Shown: piece after piece, positions 9,818 through 19,988 of the stretch
Layout: every line of letters starts with the position of its first letter
Position numbering within the stretch: position 1 is the stretch's first letter
Source of the DNA: Promethearchaeota archaeon
GTDB taxonomy: Archaea; Asgardarchaeota; Lokiarchaeia; Sigyniarchaeales; SOKP01
Length of the DNA stretch: 64,000 bases
Assembly (NCBI GenBank): GCA_016839585.1
Contig: JAEOTZ010000056.1
Span: 1-64,000 of the forward strand
Reading direction: 5' to 3'
The notes under the pieces: generated by a model
What the model was told of the DNA's origin: nothing
Database searches by the model: none
What the model saw: only the letters and a program-made list of their open reading frames with translations
Position numbers and translations under genes: made by a program

Positions 9818-10438
9818 ATGACAATAAAAGCTATTATTTTTGATCTGGGAGGAGTAGTAGTAGAACTCGACTTTAGTAGATTTTTCAAAGATGTAATCGA
9901 AATTTCTCCTCTAAATACAGCAAATTCTTCTTTACTTCTTGAATTTTGGCGACAATCAGATATATACCATCAAGGTAAAATAACTAATATAGAATTTTAT
10001 TCTCAAGCATGTGAATTATTACAAACTTGCGCTTTAAATCAAGAACAATTTTTTGATTCATTCAACTCAGTAATTTCTCATGTCAAGGAAGATTTTCTGG
10101 TATTAATAAAAAATCTAAAAGAACAAAATAAAATCAAGCTATTATGTTTATCTAATGTAAATTCAAGCCATTGGCATTATTTATTGGAACAAAATAAGGA
10201 AATTGTGGAATTATTTGATGAACTTATTTTGTCATTTGAAGTACACATGACAAAACCAGATCCAAGATTGTTTAAATTAGCAATTCAAAAAGCAGAATGT
10301 AAACCTGAAGAAATCGTTTTTATTGATGATGGTTTAAATAATATACGTTCAGCAAGGGATTTAAGAATAAATGGAATAAAGTTTACAAACCTTGAAAATC
10401 TTATTAATGAACTAAAGAGCTTAAAAATAAATTTATAA
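9818..10438 (+). CDS. HAD-superfamily phosphatase (YihX-like)
   Basis: IIFDLGGV, LSN, KPDP.LF, FIDD...N motifs. Confidence 0.88.
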   Translation: MTIKAIIFDLGGVVVELDFSRFFKDVIEISPLNTANSSLLLEFWRQSDIYHQGKITNIEFYSQACELLQTCALNQEQFFDSFNSVISHVKEDFLVLIKNLKEQNKIKLLCLSNVNSSHWHYLLEQNKEIVELFDELILSFEVHMTKPDPRLFKLAIQKAECKPEEIVFIDDGLNNIRSARDLRINGIKFTNLENLINELKSLKINL

Positions 10439-10463
10439 AGACTTCTCAAAAATTATATCTTTT

Positions 10464-10985
10464 TTATTCAGAAAGAGCATTGCCTAAGCATGCTTTAGCA
10501 ATTGATTCAAAAGCTAACTCAACATTTTCTCCTGTTTTCGCGGAAGATTCTAAATACTCACAACTGAGTCTTTTAGCTAAATCCTCAGCTTCTGCTTTAT
10601 CAACATCTCTCTCTAGATCAAGTTTATTTCCTAATAAAATCATCGGGATTCTCCTTTTAACTGATTTATTTATAGAGCTTATCCAACCAGGAATTTTTAA
10701 AAGAGATTGGTTTGATGATAAATCAAAAACACCTATTGCACCATTACTTCCTTTAAAATAAATTGTGCGAAGTTTATGAAATTGTGGCTGACCACCTATA
10801 TCCCATAGGAGAAGACGGACTTGTTTCCCTTCGAATTCAACATCTTTGATCAAAAAATTACTTCCAATGGTTTTTTTTAAATCATCGCTAAAGTAATCCT
10901 TAATATAGCGAAGAAGTAACGACGTTTTTCCTACTCCACCTGGTCCAAATAAAGTTATTTTAAATTTAAATTGCCCCGATTGCAA
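10464..10985 (-). CDS. Rab/Ras-like small GTPase
   Basis: G1 GPGGVGKTS, G2 TIG, G3 WDIGGQ, G4 NKLD, G5 SAK; no C-terminal CAAX/CC prenylation motif. Confidence 0.92.
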   Translation of the reverse strand: MQSGQFKFKITLFGPGGVGKTSLLLRYIKDYFSDDLKKTIGSNFLIKDVEFEGKQVRLLLWDIGGQPQFHKLRTIYFKGSNGAIGVFDLSSNQSLLKIPGWISSINKSVKRRIPMILLGNKLDLERDVDKAEAEDLAKRLSCEYLESSAKTGENVELAFESIAKACLGNALSE

Positions 10986-11258
10986 TTTCTATCAACCTCT
11001 TTTATGATTAAAAATATTTGGTTTTTATTTCTAAACTTTTATTTATTTAGACTTATAAATTTTTAGATTTCTATTGTAAAATATAAAGTATTACATGGGT
11101 TATTTTATATTGATTTTGAAATATCTCTTTAATTCTTATTTGATATAGTTTATTAAAGATATTTATATGTTATCTTAAAGATATTTATAATTATTTAAAA
11201 GTAAATAATAATTTTTAAATGAAAAATCATAACTTTTTAATTATTATAAGGAATAGTA

Positions 11259-12608
11259 TTATTCCTCTTTTTTTAATTTGTGAATAGTTTCTTTTGCCTT
11301 TTCTGCAATCACATGAGTTTCTTTCTTAACAAATTCTTCTGTTTTTTGTCCTACTCTTCCAAGTTGACCCATAATCCATTCAGGAGAACCCACTCCATTA
11401 AAATACTCCATCCATATATACATCATTAAACCAAGAAATCCACAATAAGCAACAAACACAATAGGGAAAAATATTATCGAAAATTGTCCAATATACAAGG
11501 GAAGAAATAGATATTGAATTAAAAATAATGATAAACTAACTTTCCCATAATAGATAATCATTTTTATGAATTGATTAGATTTTTTCTTTATATCAATGAA
11601 ATAAAAACTCACTGCAATGATGAGAAGTGCAGCACCAAGATTATAAAACATATTTGACGTTGTATTTCTTATCATGAAATCTGGCATTCCAATAAAATGA
11701 TAATAATCTTGTTGATTGGCAATTCTTAATAAATCAACATGTAAATACTCTGATTTAAAATCTAAAAATTCTTTGGATTCATAATCCGAAAACGTATGTA
11801 ACCAAAAGCCTAATGTAAGGCCTAGCACGACTAGGAAGACACCCCATCTTAAAAAAGTTTTAAATAGTTTTCTATATGATTCATCAGTTCCAATTATCAT
11901 AGCATCATAAAGATATTCTCCGAATATTGTGGAGATAAAACATATTGCAAGCCAAGGTAGTAAAGGTACCTGGGGGAGTGGAGATGTTATTAGGAAATGT
12001 AATATCAATATACCTACATTATCATCCTTATAAGTAAATAGGAAATCTCTGATATAAGGTGAAATGAAAATAATTATAGTGCCTATCACAGCTCTTACAA
12101 TTTTACCAAATTTTAACACATAATAAGAAAATATTTGTGAGAAACCTATGAATACAAGAAAATTCCAACCCCATAGATTCATAGGAAATGCAATATCTTC
12201 ACCAGAAGTATATAACGACATTGGGTTAAAAAGTATACCTATTACAATAATTATGATTCCTCGAGTTAAAATACGATTACGGATAATTTTAGATGATGTT
12301 TTGCCCTTCTTTCGCTTAATACTGAAGATAACACTAAGGGCTGAAAGAAAAACGAATAAGGAGGGACCCAATATATCTAAAAAAGCAAAAACAAGACCAT
12401 ATATATACCTCCAATCATCATCGACCCATGCAAGTGCGGAATGTGCTAAAATTATAAAACACATAGCAAAACCCTTAACAAAATCTATTGAAGCAATTCG
12501 CTTAGGTGATGACACATCCTTAATATCTTCGATAGGAATCTCTTCTTTTAAATATTCCACTAGTGGTGGCGTTTCTACGCGTTGAACTTTTTCATTTGTA
12601 GATGACAT
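11259..12608 (-). CDS. DUF1624/HGSNAT-like membrane acyltransferase (paralog 1)
   Basis: RIASIDFVKGFA..FIILAH, P.LFVFLSALS, P.LPW, YYGKVSLSLF; about 10 TM segments. Start placed at ATG 12608 by comparison with the paralog. Confidence 0.75.
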   Translation of the reverse strand: MSSTNEKVQRVETPPLVEYLKEEIPIEDIKDVSSPKRIASIDFVKGFAMCFIILAHSALAWVDDDWRYIYGLVFAFLDILGPSLFVFLSALSVIFSIKRKKGKTSSKIIRNRILTRGIIIIVIGILFNPMSLYTSGEDIAFPMNLWGWNFLVFIGFSQIFSYYVLKFGKIVRAVIGTIIIFISPYIRDFLFTYKDDNVGILILHFLITSPLPQVPLLPWLAICFISTIFGEYLYDAMIIGTDESYRKLFKTFLRWGVFLVVLGLTLGFWLHTFSDYESKEFLDFKSEYLHVDLLRIANQQDYYHFIGMPDFMIRNTTSNMFYNLGAALLIIAVSFYFIDIKKKSNQFIKMIIYYGKVSLSLFLIQYLFLPLYIGQFSIIFFPIVFVAYCGFLGLMMYIWMEYFNGVGSPEWIMGQLGRVGQKTEEFVKKETHVIAEKAKETIHKLKKEE

Positions 12609-12686
12609 TATGATTATCCTATTATAATTAAAACTCAATTAAATAAAGATTAAAAAGAATTAAGAAGATATTATTTTAATTCTTTA

Positions 12687-13952
12687 TTATTGTTGCTTAT
12701 AAAAAATAATTAGTGAAAAATAAAGTAGAAGTAATAAAATTAAACCACATAAATTGAATGGAAAGAATTCATAGGTAAGGTAAAAGATACCCCATGATAT
12801 TACAACTAATATAGCCAACAAATGATGAACAAATCTAATTATATTATAATATTTAAAATTCTTATTAATTAAGGTAAAAAGAATTATGAATGGGGTTAAT
12901 ATAACTAGATAATGTGGCCAAGAATCATAATAGGTGATTAATATGACACTAATTCCAATTAAATATCCATCAATTAATCCATTTGTCTTATTCGATGAAA
13001 GTATAAAATATGTTAATATTGGAATCATAAATAATAAAATTGTTATTAGGAAAAGAATAAAATTGCTAACATTGAATTCAATCAATTGAAAAAGAGTTAT
13101 AAGGTTTCGACTAAGACTAAAAGAAGCATTTATATCTAAGTTTCCAATAATTGTTGTGTAGTTTCCTGTAAAATTAACCTCAATAAAACCTTCTAGCAAT
13201 CCAGGGGAAACTATAAAATAAATACTAGAGATTAGCATTAAAATTAATATACCAGAAAGCCTAATAAATGTAGTTTTAAATTGAAAGTCAATTTTCTTGG
13301 TGGTTTTTGAGTAATATACGGGTAAAATAAACGGTATTAAAAGGATAAGTGTGGGTTTAATTAGGATAGCAAATCCTAACATTAAACCTCCAATAAAGTT
13401 GCTTTTATCATCTCCTTTTAAAAAATAAAAGACTGAAGTAAGAATAAAAATAGAAACTAAAGTATTGATTTGCCCTAAAAAATAATTCATAAATTGAGGG
13501 AGCATTATTATCAATATAGCGTATTGATAAAGAATACTGTTATTCTCGGGTTTATTAAAGAGATCTTTAAAATTTTCTAATTCATAATTGAGATTGTTTA
13601 AATTTGAATATAATTGGATAATCTTATAAATGAGATAAATGATAATAATATTCAAAAGAAAATTGAAAATTTGAAAAACAAAATATCCTAATTCAAATCC
13701 TAATATTGAGAAAGGAGTAAAAAAATAAGCGGATATAGGGAAATATCTGAATGGAAAAAGATATTTTGAAGGATTGTATAAATTGGGTAAATCTTTTATT
13801 ACTATTAAACCCGCGTTATAAAAAGTAAGGAAATCATTATTATCTTTATTCATTATAGGACTATTTAAAAAATAGAAGAAAAAAAAGGTTAAAATTAAGT
13901 AACCAAGATTTGTTACGCAAGCAGAAATAAAAAAAAATTGTGTAGGTTTCAT
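12687..13952 (-). CDS. GT-C fold glycosyltransferase, family 87-like
   Basis: DF..FYNAG..LY, FRYFP..A.FF.PF, GQIN, G...G.A..IKP and SWPHY motifs; multipass membrane protein. Confidence 0.8.
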   Translation of the reverse strand: MKPTQFFFISACVTNLGYLILTFFFFYFLNSPIMNKDNNDFLTFYNAGLIVIKDLPNLYNPSKYLFPFRYFPISAYFFTPFSILGFELGYFVFQIFNFLLNIIIIYLIYKIIQLYSNLNNLNYELENFKDLFNKPENNSILYQYAILIIMLPQFMNYFLGQINTLVSIFILTSVFYFLKGDDKSNFIGGLMLGFAILIKPTLILLIPFILPVYYSKTTKKIDFQFKTTFIRLSGILILMLISSIYFIVSPGLLEGFIEVNFTGNYTTIIGNLDINASFSLSRNLITLFQLIEFNVSNFILFLITILLFMIPILTYFILSSNKTNGLIDGYLIGISVILITYYDSWPHYLVILTPFIILFTLINKNFKYYNIIRFVHHLLAILVVISWGIFYLTYEFFPFNLCGLILLLLLYFSLIIFYKQQ

Positions 13953-13976
13953 TTAAGATATCATTTGAGTTAATTT

Positions 13977-15356
13977 TTAATTCTCTTTGTCTTTACTTAA
14001 CTTTTTCATAAAATCTTCCATCTTTTTGACTCTTTCGCGCTTTTTGATTCTAGCATATACTTTTTTAGTAGTTTTCTTAACTGCTTCTCCTGATTTCTGT
14101 CCAATTCTCCCAAGCTGCACCATAAGATATTCGGGTGAACCCACTCCATTGGCATATTCCATCCAAATATACATTAAAATTCCTAAAAATCCTACATATG
14201 AAAGACCAATAACAAGATATAGCGCTACTCCAAATCGATCAATAAAAAGGGGTATAAATAAAAAATGTAATAGAAATAGGCTTAAGGAGACTTTACCATA
14301 ATATATTAATACATTAGTGAAATCGTTTGATTTCTTCTTAATATCAAGAAAATAAAAAAATATAGCAATTATAGTCAATGCAGCACCTTGGTTATAAAAC
14401 ATATTAGCACTGGTTCCTCTTATCAGAAATAATGGCATTCCGAGAATTTCAAAAAAATCTTGGTTATTAGCGACTTCTAATAAATGTAAATGAGGATATT
14501 CAGCGATCCCTCCTATAATAGTATCAGCAGTCATTAATTCAAAACCAAAATTGGGAAGTGGTGCAAAAATTCCTATTATGATGAAGGCAATACCCCAAAC
14601 TAAAAATATTCGGAATAGTCCTATATAAGCATCATCTGTTCCTTTATTCATTGCTTCAAAAATATATTCGCCAAAAATGGTAGAAATAAAACATATTGAA
14701 ATCCATGGGACAAGTGTTAAATGAGGAGTGGGTGAAGTTATAATATAATGAAAGAAACTTATTAATAAATTTCCTGCTTCTTTACCTTCATAAAGAAATG
14801 CTCGAATATAAGGTGAACTAATAATAATTATTAAACCAATTACGATACGCCACTTCTTTTTAAGTTTTAATATATAGAAGGAAAATATTTGAGTGAATCC
14901 TATAAATGTAATAATATTCCAACCAAATATAATTACCACAACTTCTCCTGTTTCTGGATCAAGACCTACTAAATTAGTAATCATTCCAATAATTATCATT
15001 ACTATTCCTCGTGTAAAAATACGATTTCGGATTATCTTATTCGGTAAGACACCTTCTTTTCTTTTAATACTAAATATTACACTAAGTGCAGAGAGAAACA
15101 CAAACAATGAGGGTCCAAGAATATCTAATAAAGCAAATAAGAGTCCATAAATGTATCTAGATTCAGAATCAAGCCATCCTTGAGAAGTGTGTGCTAAAAT
15201 TACAAAAATTATCGCAAATCCTTTAAGAAAATCTATAGAAGTTATACGTCTTGGAGAGGCATAATCTCTTATATCCTCAAGGGGAATCGCTTGCTGTAAA
15301 TAATTAAAAAGAGGTGGAGATTCAGTTTTTACTTCTACTTCCATTTGTGATGACAT
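13977..15356 (-). CDS. DUF1624/HGSNAT-like membrane acyltransferase (paralog 2)
   Basis: Clear paralog of 11259-12608 (shared LDILGPSLFVFLSALSVIFSIKRK, ISTIFGEY, NGVGSPE). Confidence 0.75.
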   Translation of the reverse strand: MSSQMEVEVKTESPPLFNYLQQAIPLEDIRDYASPRRITSIDFLKGFAIIFVILAHTSQGWLDSESRYIYGLLFALLDILGPSLFVFLSALSVIFSIKRKEGVLPNKIIRNRIFTRGIVMIIIGMITNLVGLDPETGEVVVIIFGWNIITFIGFTQIFSFYILKLKKKWRIVIGLIIIISSPYIRAFLYEGKEAGNLLISFFHYIITSPTPHLTLVPWISICFISTIFGEYIFEAMNKGTDDAYIGLFRIFLVWGIAFIIIGIFAPLPNFGFELMTADTIIGGIAEYPHLHLLEVANNQDFFEILGMPLFLIRGTSANMFYNQGAALTIIAIFFYFLDIKKKSNDFTNVLIYYGKVSLSLFLLHFLFIPLFIDRFGVALYLVIGLSYVGFLGILMYIWMEYANGVGSPEYLMVQLGRIGQKSGEAVKKTTKKVYARIKKRERVKKMEDFMKKLSKDKEN

Positions 15357-15464
15357 TTTTACTCAAATTATTATTAGTCTTTTTTACTTAAAAATTTAAA
15401 AAAAAATAAATTTGTTAAATTTTATCTTTATAATATTCCTTTTGAATTTTTATAGTTTTTCAAT

Positions 15465-15902
15465 ATGGATAAAGTAAAATTTCAAATCAAGCTTAAAAAA
15501 AATCTGGATTTCATAATTTTCGGATTCACTGGCTCAATATTACTTATATTATCTGAATTTTTTTCTTGGTTTTCTAATTATACATTATTAGACAGGTATG
15601 TGATTGCTACAAGTGTTGCAATTGAAGATTCTTTTCTTTATTTGTTCCCGTTTTTAAGTGGCATCATTTGTTTTGCTGCAAGTATTATTGTTGTCTACGA
15701 TTTTAAACTTAGAATTAAATCAGTAATATTATCATCTGTTGGTATAGGTTTCCTATTAATTTTTTTCATCGATTTTCTCTCTCAAGAAAGTGATTACATC
15801 TTGAGTTTAGGAGTTGGTTTTTATTTGTTTTTAACCGGTTTTCTTTTAATTGTAATTAATGTAATAAATATATTATTAACAAAAGAGAAAGGATCAGGAT
15901 AA
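15465..15902 (+). CDS. small 4-TM membrane protein
   Basis: Four hydrophobic segments; L..F.SW and LGVGFYL patterns. Confidence 0.7.
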   Translation: MDKVKFQIKLKKNLDFIIFGFTGSILLILSEFFSWFSNYTLLDRYVIATSVAIEDSFLYLFPFLSGIICFAASIIVVYDFKLRIKSVILSSVGIGFLLIFFIDFLSQESDYILSLGVGFYLFLTGFLLIVINVINILLTKEKGSG

Positions 15903-15917
15903 AATTTAACGATTAAT

Positions 15918-16802
15918 ATGGATAGTAATGAAAAGTCAAATCAAAATGATAGTCAGGATGTAGAAGGAAGTTTTTACTACGCATTAGGTCATGAATTACG
16001 TAGAAAAATTATAAAGATAATTGGAGATAATGAGTTTTCTTCATTTACCCTGCTTAAAAAAGAACTAGGAGTAAGTACAGGCACAATTTATCATCATTTG
16101 GATACTTTATCTGAATTAATCGCACAAAAAGAGGATAAAAAATATTATCTAAAAGAATTAGGTGTTCATGCTTATAATTCTTTAAAAGATGATATTGAAT
16201 TAATTAGAGAGAAGGGTTTTGCAATTAGAGAGTTTAAATCGCCTTTTTTAAGAAGATTAATGGTGATAACATCTAAAAGATTTATTCAATTTAAAAAAGA
16301 AGATAGAATATATGCAATTTTAATCTCAATCGGAATATTAATAATTGGGACAATATTAAGCCGATTAAACCAATTTTACCCCCTATTACTATTTTTTATA
16401 GAGACTAATGAAAATAATTTAGAACTTAACTTTCAAATTTTATTAATTCTTAGTTTTCTGTTAAATTTTATAATATATTTTATCATTATTGAAGGAATTT
16501 CTCGTCTATTTTATAACAAAAATGAAAATACGTTAAATTTTTTTATATCTTTTGCGATTGTATTTTTCCCTATGATATTATACCTATTATCACACTATAT
16601 TTTTGTATATTTTGGAATTATTCATATTGCTTTTATTAATTTTTTAGATAAAGTCTTAATGATCGTGCTTCAAGTATGGTCGTTATGGCTATTATCCTAT
16701 AGTATGAGTATAAAGAAAGGGTTAAAAATCGAAACAACCTTGATTGTTTCTCTATTATTACACTATGGTGGTTTTACGATTATTTTACTAACCTTGATTT
16801 AA
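15918..16802 (+). CDS. ArsR-like wHTH fused to a ~5-TM membrane domain
   Basis: ALGHELRRKIIKII..SFT.LKKELGVSTGTIYHHL..L, followed by hydrophobic helices. Confidence 0.75.
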   Translation: MDSNEKSNQNDSQDVEGSFYYALGHELRRKIIKIIGDNEFSSFTLLKKELGVSTGTIYHHLDTLSELIAQKEDKKYYLKELGVHAYNSLKDDIELIREKGFAIREFKSPFLRRLMVITSKRFIQFKKEDRIYAILISIGILIIGTILSRLNQFYPLLLFFIETNENNLELNFQILLILSFLLNFIIYFIIIEGISRLFYNKNENTLNFFISFAIVFFPMILYLLSHYIFVYFGIIHIAFINFLDKVLMIVLQVWSLWLLSYSMSIKKGLKIETTLIVSLLLHYGGFTIILLTLI

Positions 16803-18099
16803 GAACTTTGAAATCAAATTGTTCTAAAGTACTTAATATAGCATTCAACCTATTTTTTGACGAACTTAAATCTTTTGTTTTTGTTGCGAGAAAACAAGAA
16901 AAGAATTTTGATTTATTAAATGAAATTGGAGGAGTAACAAGTTCAGAGATCATATTCAGTAATTTTGGAAATAAGGACTCTTTGATTTCATTAATTGATT
17001 TAGATCCAGTATAAATTAGCTCTATTCTAGAGAAATTTGAATGGCTATGGTATTTTAATTTTACAGGTTTCATTGAATTTAATTTTGAATTTATTATTAA
17101 CTCAACTGGATTAATATCAATTACATTTCTAAGTCCTATATATGATGTTGTTAATCTTGGATTGATTTCTAAAAAATGAACGGTTTTATTTTTTTTTTGT
17201 ATGAAATCAATACCATAATACCCGCTAAATTTTGATAGATTAATTTTATTTAATATTTTAGATAAATAATTTAGTATTTCCTTTTGATCTTCTACTGGTG
17301 TATATCCTCCAAAATATTCAGATTTAATTTTAAGGTTTGTTATTTCTACATCTTGTGAATTAATACTTAAAAAAATAGGTGTAGCGATTTGAGAATTTAA
17401 ATTGGATGAACTACCAATTAAAGAAATACTTAAATCTCTTCCGTCAATAAATTCTTGAAGTATATAGGTTCTATTATATTCAAAACTATTATCCAAACTA
17501 TGAAAGAACTCTCTTATTTGATTTTCACTTCCAAAATAATAAATTGATTCTGCACCAACCCCATCTTCAGGTTTAATAATAATAGGACGTTTTAATTCCT
17601 TAAATTTTTGGATAATGAATTCTAAATCAAATTTTTTATTCCTTAAAGGTATTAGATATGTTTTTGGAGTATTTATTTTATTTCTTTTGAAAAAACTATA
17701 AGTCATTATTTTTGAAGTACCTAATTTAATACCTTCTAAATCCACGCTTAATATTATCCTTTTATAATTTTTAGCAATTTCAGTTAACTCATATAAGATA
17801 TTCGAAGATTCTGGAGCAATTATAAAAATATATTTACAATTTCTAACTTGATTCTTAAAAATATTAATGTAGTTATCTTTAGCATCAACTTTATGAATTA
17901 TATCCGCTTCCAATAAATTTGATAAGAAGTAAATTCGGTAATCTAATATTGTACTAATAATAAAATCCATCGCCTTAAAATCTGCGATAATAGATCTTAA
18001 CATACCAAATCCTTCACAAAATAAGGAAGAGGGTATATCAACTTGATTAAAACCACCACCGGATACAAATTCGAAAATAAAAACATAATTTTCATTCAT
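16780..18099 (-). CDS. ATP-grasp ligase, MfnD (tyramine-glutamate ligase)-like
   Basis: FEFVSGGG, EG.GML, IIAPES, IKPEDGVGAE, QEFIDG, GYYGIDF, EINPRLTTSY.GL. Confidence 0.75.
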   Translation of the reverse strand: MNENYVFIFEFVSGGGFNQVDIPSSLFCEGFGMLRSIIADFKAMDFIISTILDYRIYFLSNLLEADIIHKVDAKDNYINIFKNQVRNCKYIFIIAPESSNILYELTEIAKNYKRIILSVDLEGIKLGTSKIMTYSFFKRNKINTPKTYLIPLRNKKFDLEFIIQKFKELKRPIIIKPEDGVGAESIYYFGSENQIREFFHSLDNSFEYNRTYILQEFIDGRDLSISLIGSSSNLNSQIATPIFLSINSQDVEITNLKIKSEYFGGYTPVEDQKEILNYLSKILNKINLSKFSGYYGIDFIQKKNKTVHFLEINPRLTTSYIGLRNVIDINPVELIINSKLNSMKPVKLKYHSHSNFSRIELIYTGSKSINEIKESLFPKLLNMISELVTPPISFNKSKFFSCFLATKTKDLSSSKNRLNAILSTLEQFDFKVLKSRLVK

Positions 18100-18257
18100 T
18101 TTTTATGTACATTAATAATTTTTAGAGTTCTCTACATCATGTTTTCAATTATTCTAAAATTTTTCTTATTTATACACTTTCTACTTAGTTTTTTCTTTTA
18201 AATATATTCACTATTATTTTTTTATTTAAATAGACTGAGAAGAAAAAAGTTATAATT

Positions 18258-18579
18258 ATGATAAATATAAAATTAAAGGTTAAAGATGCTTTTAAAGCCG
18301 ATTTAAAATGGCAAAAATATTTCAATCATATCGAAAAAAATATTTGAAAAAATCAAAACCATAACGCCCATTTTTTTTAATTTTGGGGAGGCTGGCTTTT
18401 ATTATAAAATATCAGTGGATTTAGAACTTATTTTTCATTTACGATTTGATGATAAAATATTTGAGTATGTTTTATTTTATCAAGGAGAACCAGAAGAATT
18501 TGGTGAGTCTTCCTATAATCAAACTGTTCAAGCAGATATCGAATATATTAAAGGAATTATAAATCTTTTTAGTCAATAA
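18258..18579 (+). pseudogene. frameshifted ~106-aa hypothetical gene (one extra A in an A7 run)
   Basis: ATG at 18258 reads MINIKLKVKDAFKADLKWQKYFNHIEK to a TGA. The +1 frame continues IFEKIKTITPIFFNFGEAGFYY...GIINLFSQ to TAA at 18577-18579. Removing one A from 18334-18340 joins the two. Confidence 0.6.
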
Positions 18580-18738
18580 TTTTTAAAAGATATTTTTAAT
18601 CAGTAATAAATTTAAAGAAATCTTAAATTTAATAAAATCGATAAAGCAAACTCATTCATCAAAAAATATTAAAGGAAATAATAAATATTGTTATTTAACA
18701 TAATTTTTAAAAAAAAAATTTTTCTTGGCGTTTTTTAT

Positions 18739-19968
18739 ATGATGTTTGATGAAGAAACCTTACGACGCATCAGATATCTTCACTTCTCAATTAAGAAAAT
18801 AGAAGGGGCATTAGAAAAAGAAGATGAACACTTTAACTTAGATGATCTAAATTTCATTCTAGAATATACTAAAATATTGAATATTAATTATGAAAGTGAA
18901 AGTCATAGAAGAATTTTAAAGGAGCTAGATATAACCCCTATTTTTTATGATCCGATTGAGAATCGGGAAATTCAAATCCAAGATATAATGTTTGAGTGTG
19001 GAAGGGTATTATGGGTTATGGCAAGAGCTTATTCCCAACTTTCCGAAATTTTTGAAGAAGATGAAGAATGGGAAAATTCTATTGTTGCTATGACCGAATG
19101 TAGCAAAATTTATAAAACTGCGGCATATTTTACCGCAGCAGCTATTTATCAAAATGATAAAAGCATAACCTTATCTTCTGATAATCTTGAATTAAATTCT
19201 GAGGAAGCTAGAATTTTAGCTCAAAGTATCTCAGCCTTACAGGAAGAAAATAATAATAATATATATTTTGCTTCGAAATTGTATTCAGGACTTTCTGCTT
19301 TATCAAAACGTTTATTCTATTTAAAGAAGCATGAAGAAGAAAAAAAACAACAAATAAGAGCACAATTTCATTATGATATGGGGAAATCATGCTCTCTTAA
19401 AGCTAAAGCATCATTAGAATCCTCACTCACAGATATAAATCAAGAAAAAGTCAGAAAACTACAGCAAAAAGCACTATGGTATTTTATAAAAGCAAGAGAT
19501 ATTTGGGAAAATATGCTTCAAAATCTTCCACCTTCAAGTGAAGAAAAAGAAAATATAGATTTAAATTTATCAATAGTAAAGGAGAATCTTAAAGAGAGTA
19601 ATGTGGAACAATTAGAGTATGAAGATATTAAAAAAATCCAAGATCCAGAACCTATAGTTATAATTCCAGAGAATTTAGCCCCGTTTGTGCCAAAATCAAC
19701 AATTTATTTAACAAAATTCGTGCCAAAAGATTTGAATATAAAGAGGTTCAAATCTTTTCAAAGGAAAAAATTAGAACAAAAAATTCCATACAGTAAACGT
19801 GAAAAATTAGCAGATAAGAGAGCAGCAATAGTTAGAACAATAAACGAGTTAAAATTATTAAAAGAAAATAAAGAAATTGATGTTGATAAGTTCGCTGAAC
19901 TTATGGAAAAATACTCAATTAAACTAAACATGATTGAATCTGCTATAGAAAAATTAACAAAAAAGTAG
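18739..19968 (+). CDS. alpha-helical protein, Bro1/ALIX-domain-like
   Basis: FYDP..DIMFECGRVLWVMARAYSQLS..YKTAAYF..LSSDNL..ILAQ..ASKL..AQFHY aligns by eye to the Bro1 consensus. Start probably ATG 18739 or 18742 rather than TTG 18688. Confidence 0.55.
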   Translation: MMFDEETLRRIRYLHFSIKKIEGALEKEDEHFNLDDLNFILEYTKILNINYESESHRRILKELDITPIFYDPIENREIQIQDIMFECGRVLWVMARAYSQLSEIFEEDEEWENSIVAMTECSKIYKTAAYFTAAAIYQNDKSITLSSDNLELNSEEARILAQSISALQEENNNNIYFASKLYSGLSALSKRLFYLKKHEEEKKQQIRAQFHYDMGKSCSLKAKASLESSLTDINQEKVRKLQQKALWYFIKARDIWENMLQNLPPSSEEKENIDLNLSIVKENLKESNVEQLEYEDIKKIQDPEPIVIIPENLAPFVPKSTIYLTKFVPKDLNIKRFKSFQRKKLEQKIPYSKREKLADKRAAIVRTINELKLLKENKEIDVDKFAELMEKYSIKLNMIESAIEKLTKK

Positions 19969-19988
19969 AACAATCTTATTATAAGTAA

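Noticed and set aside
18345-18347. Selenocysteine read-through of the TGA
   Set aside because: The same frame stops again at TAA a few codons later; a +1 frameshift explains the region, and no SECIS was recognised.
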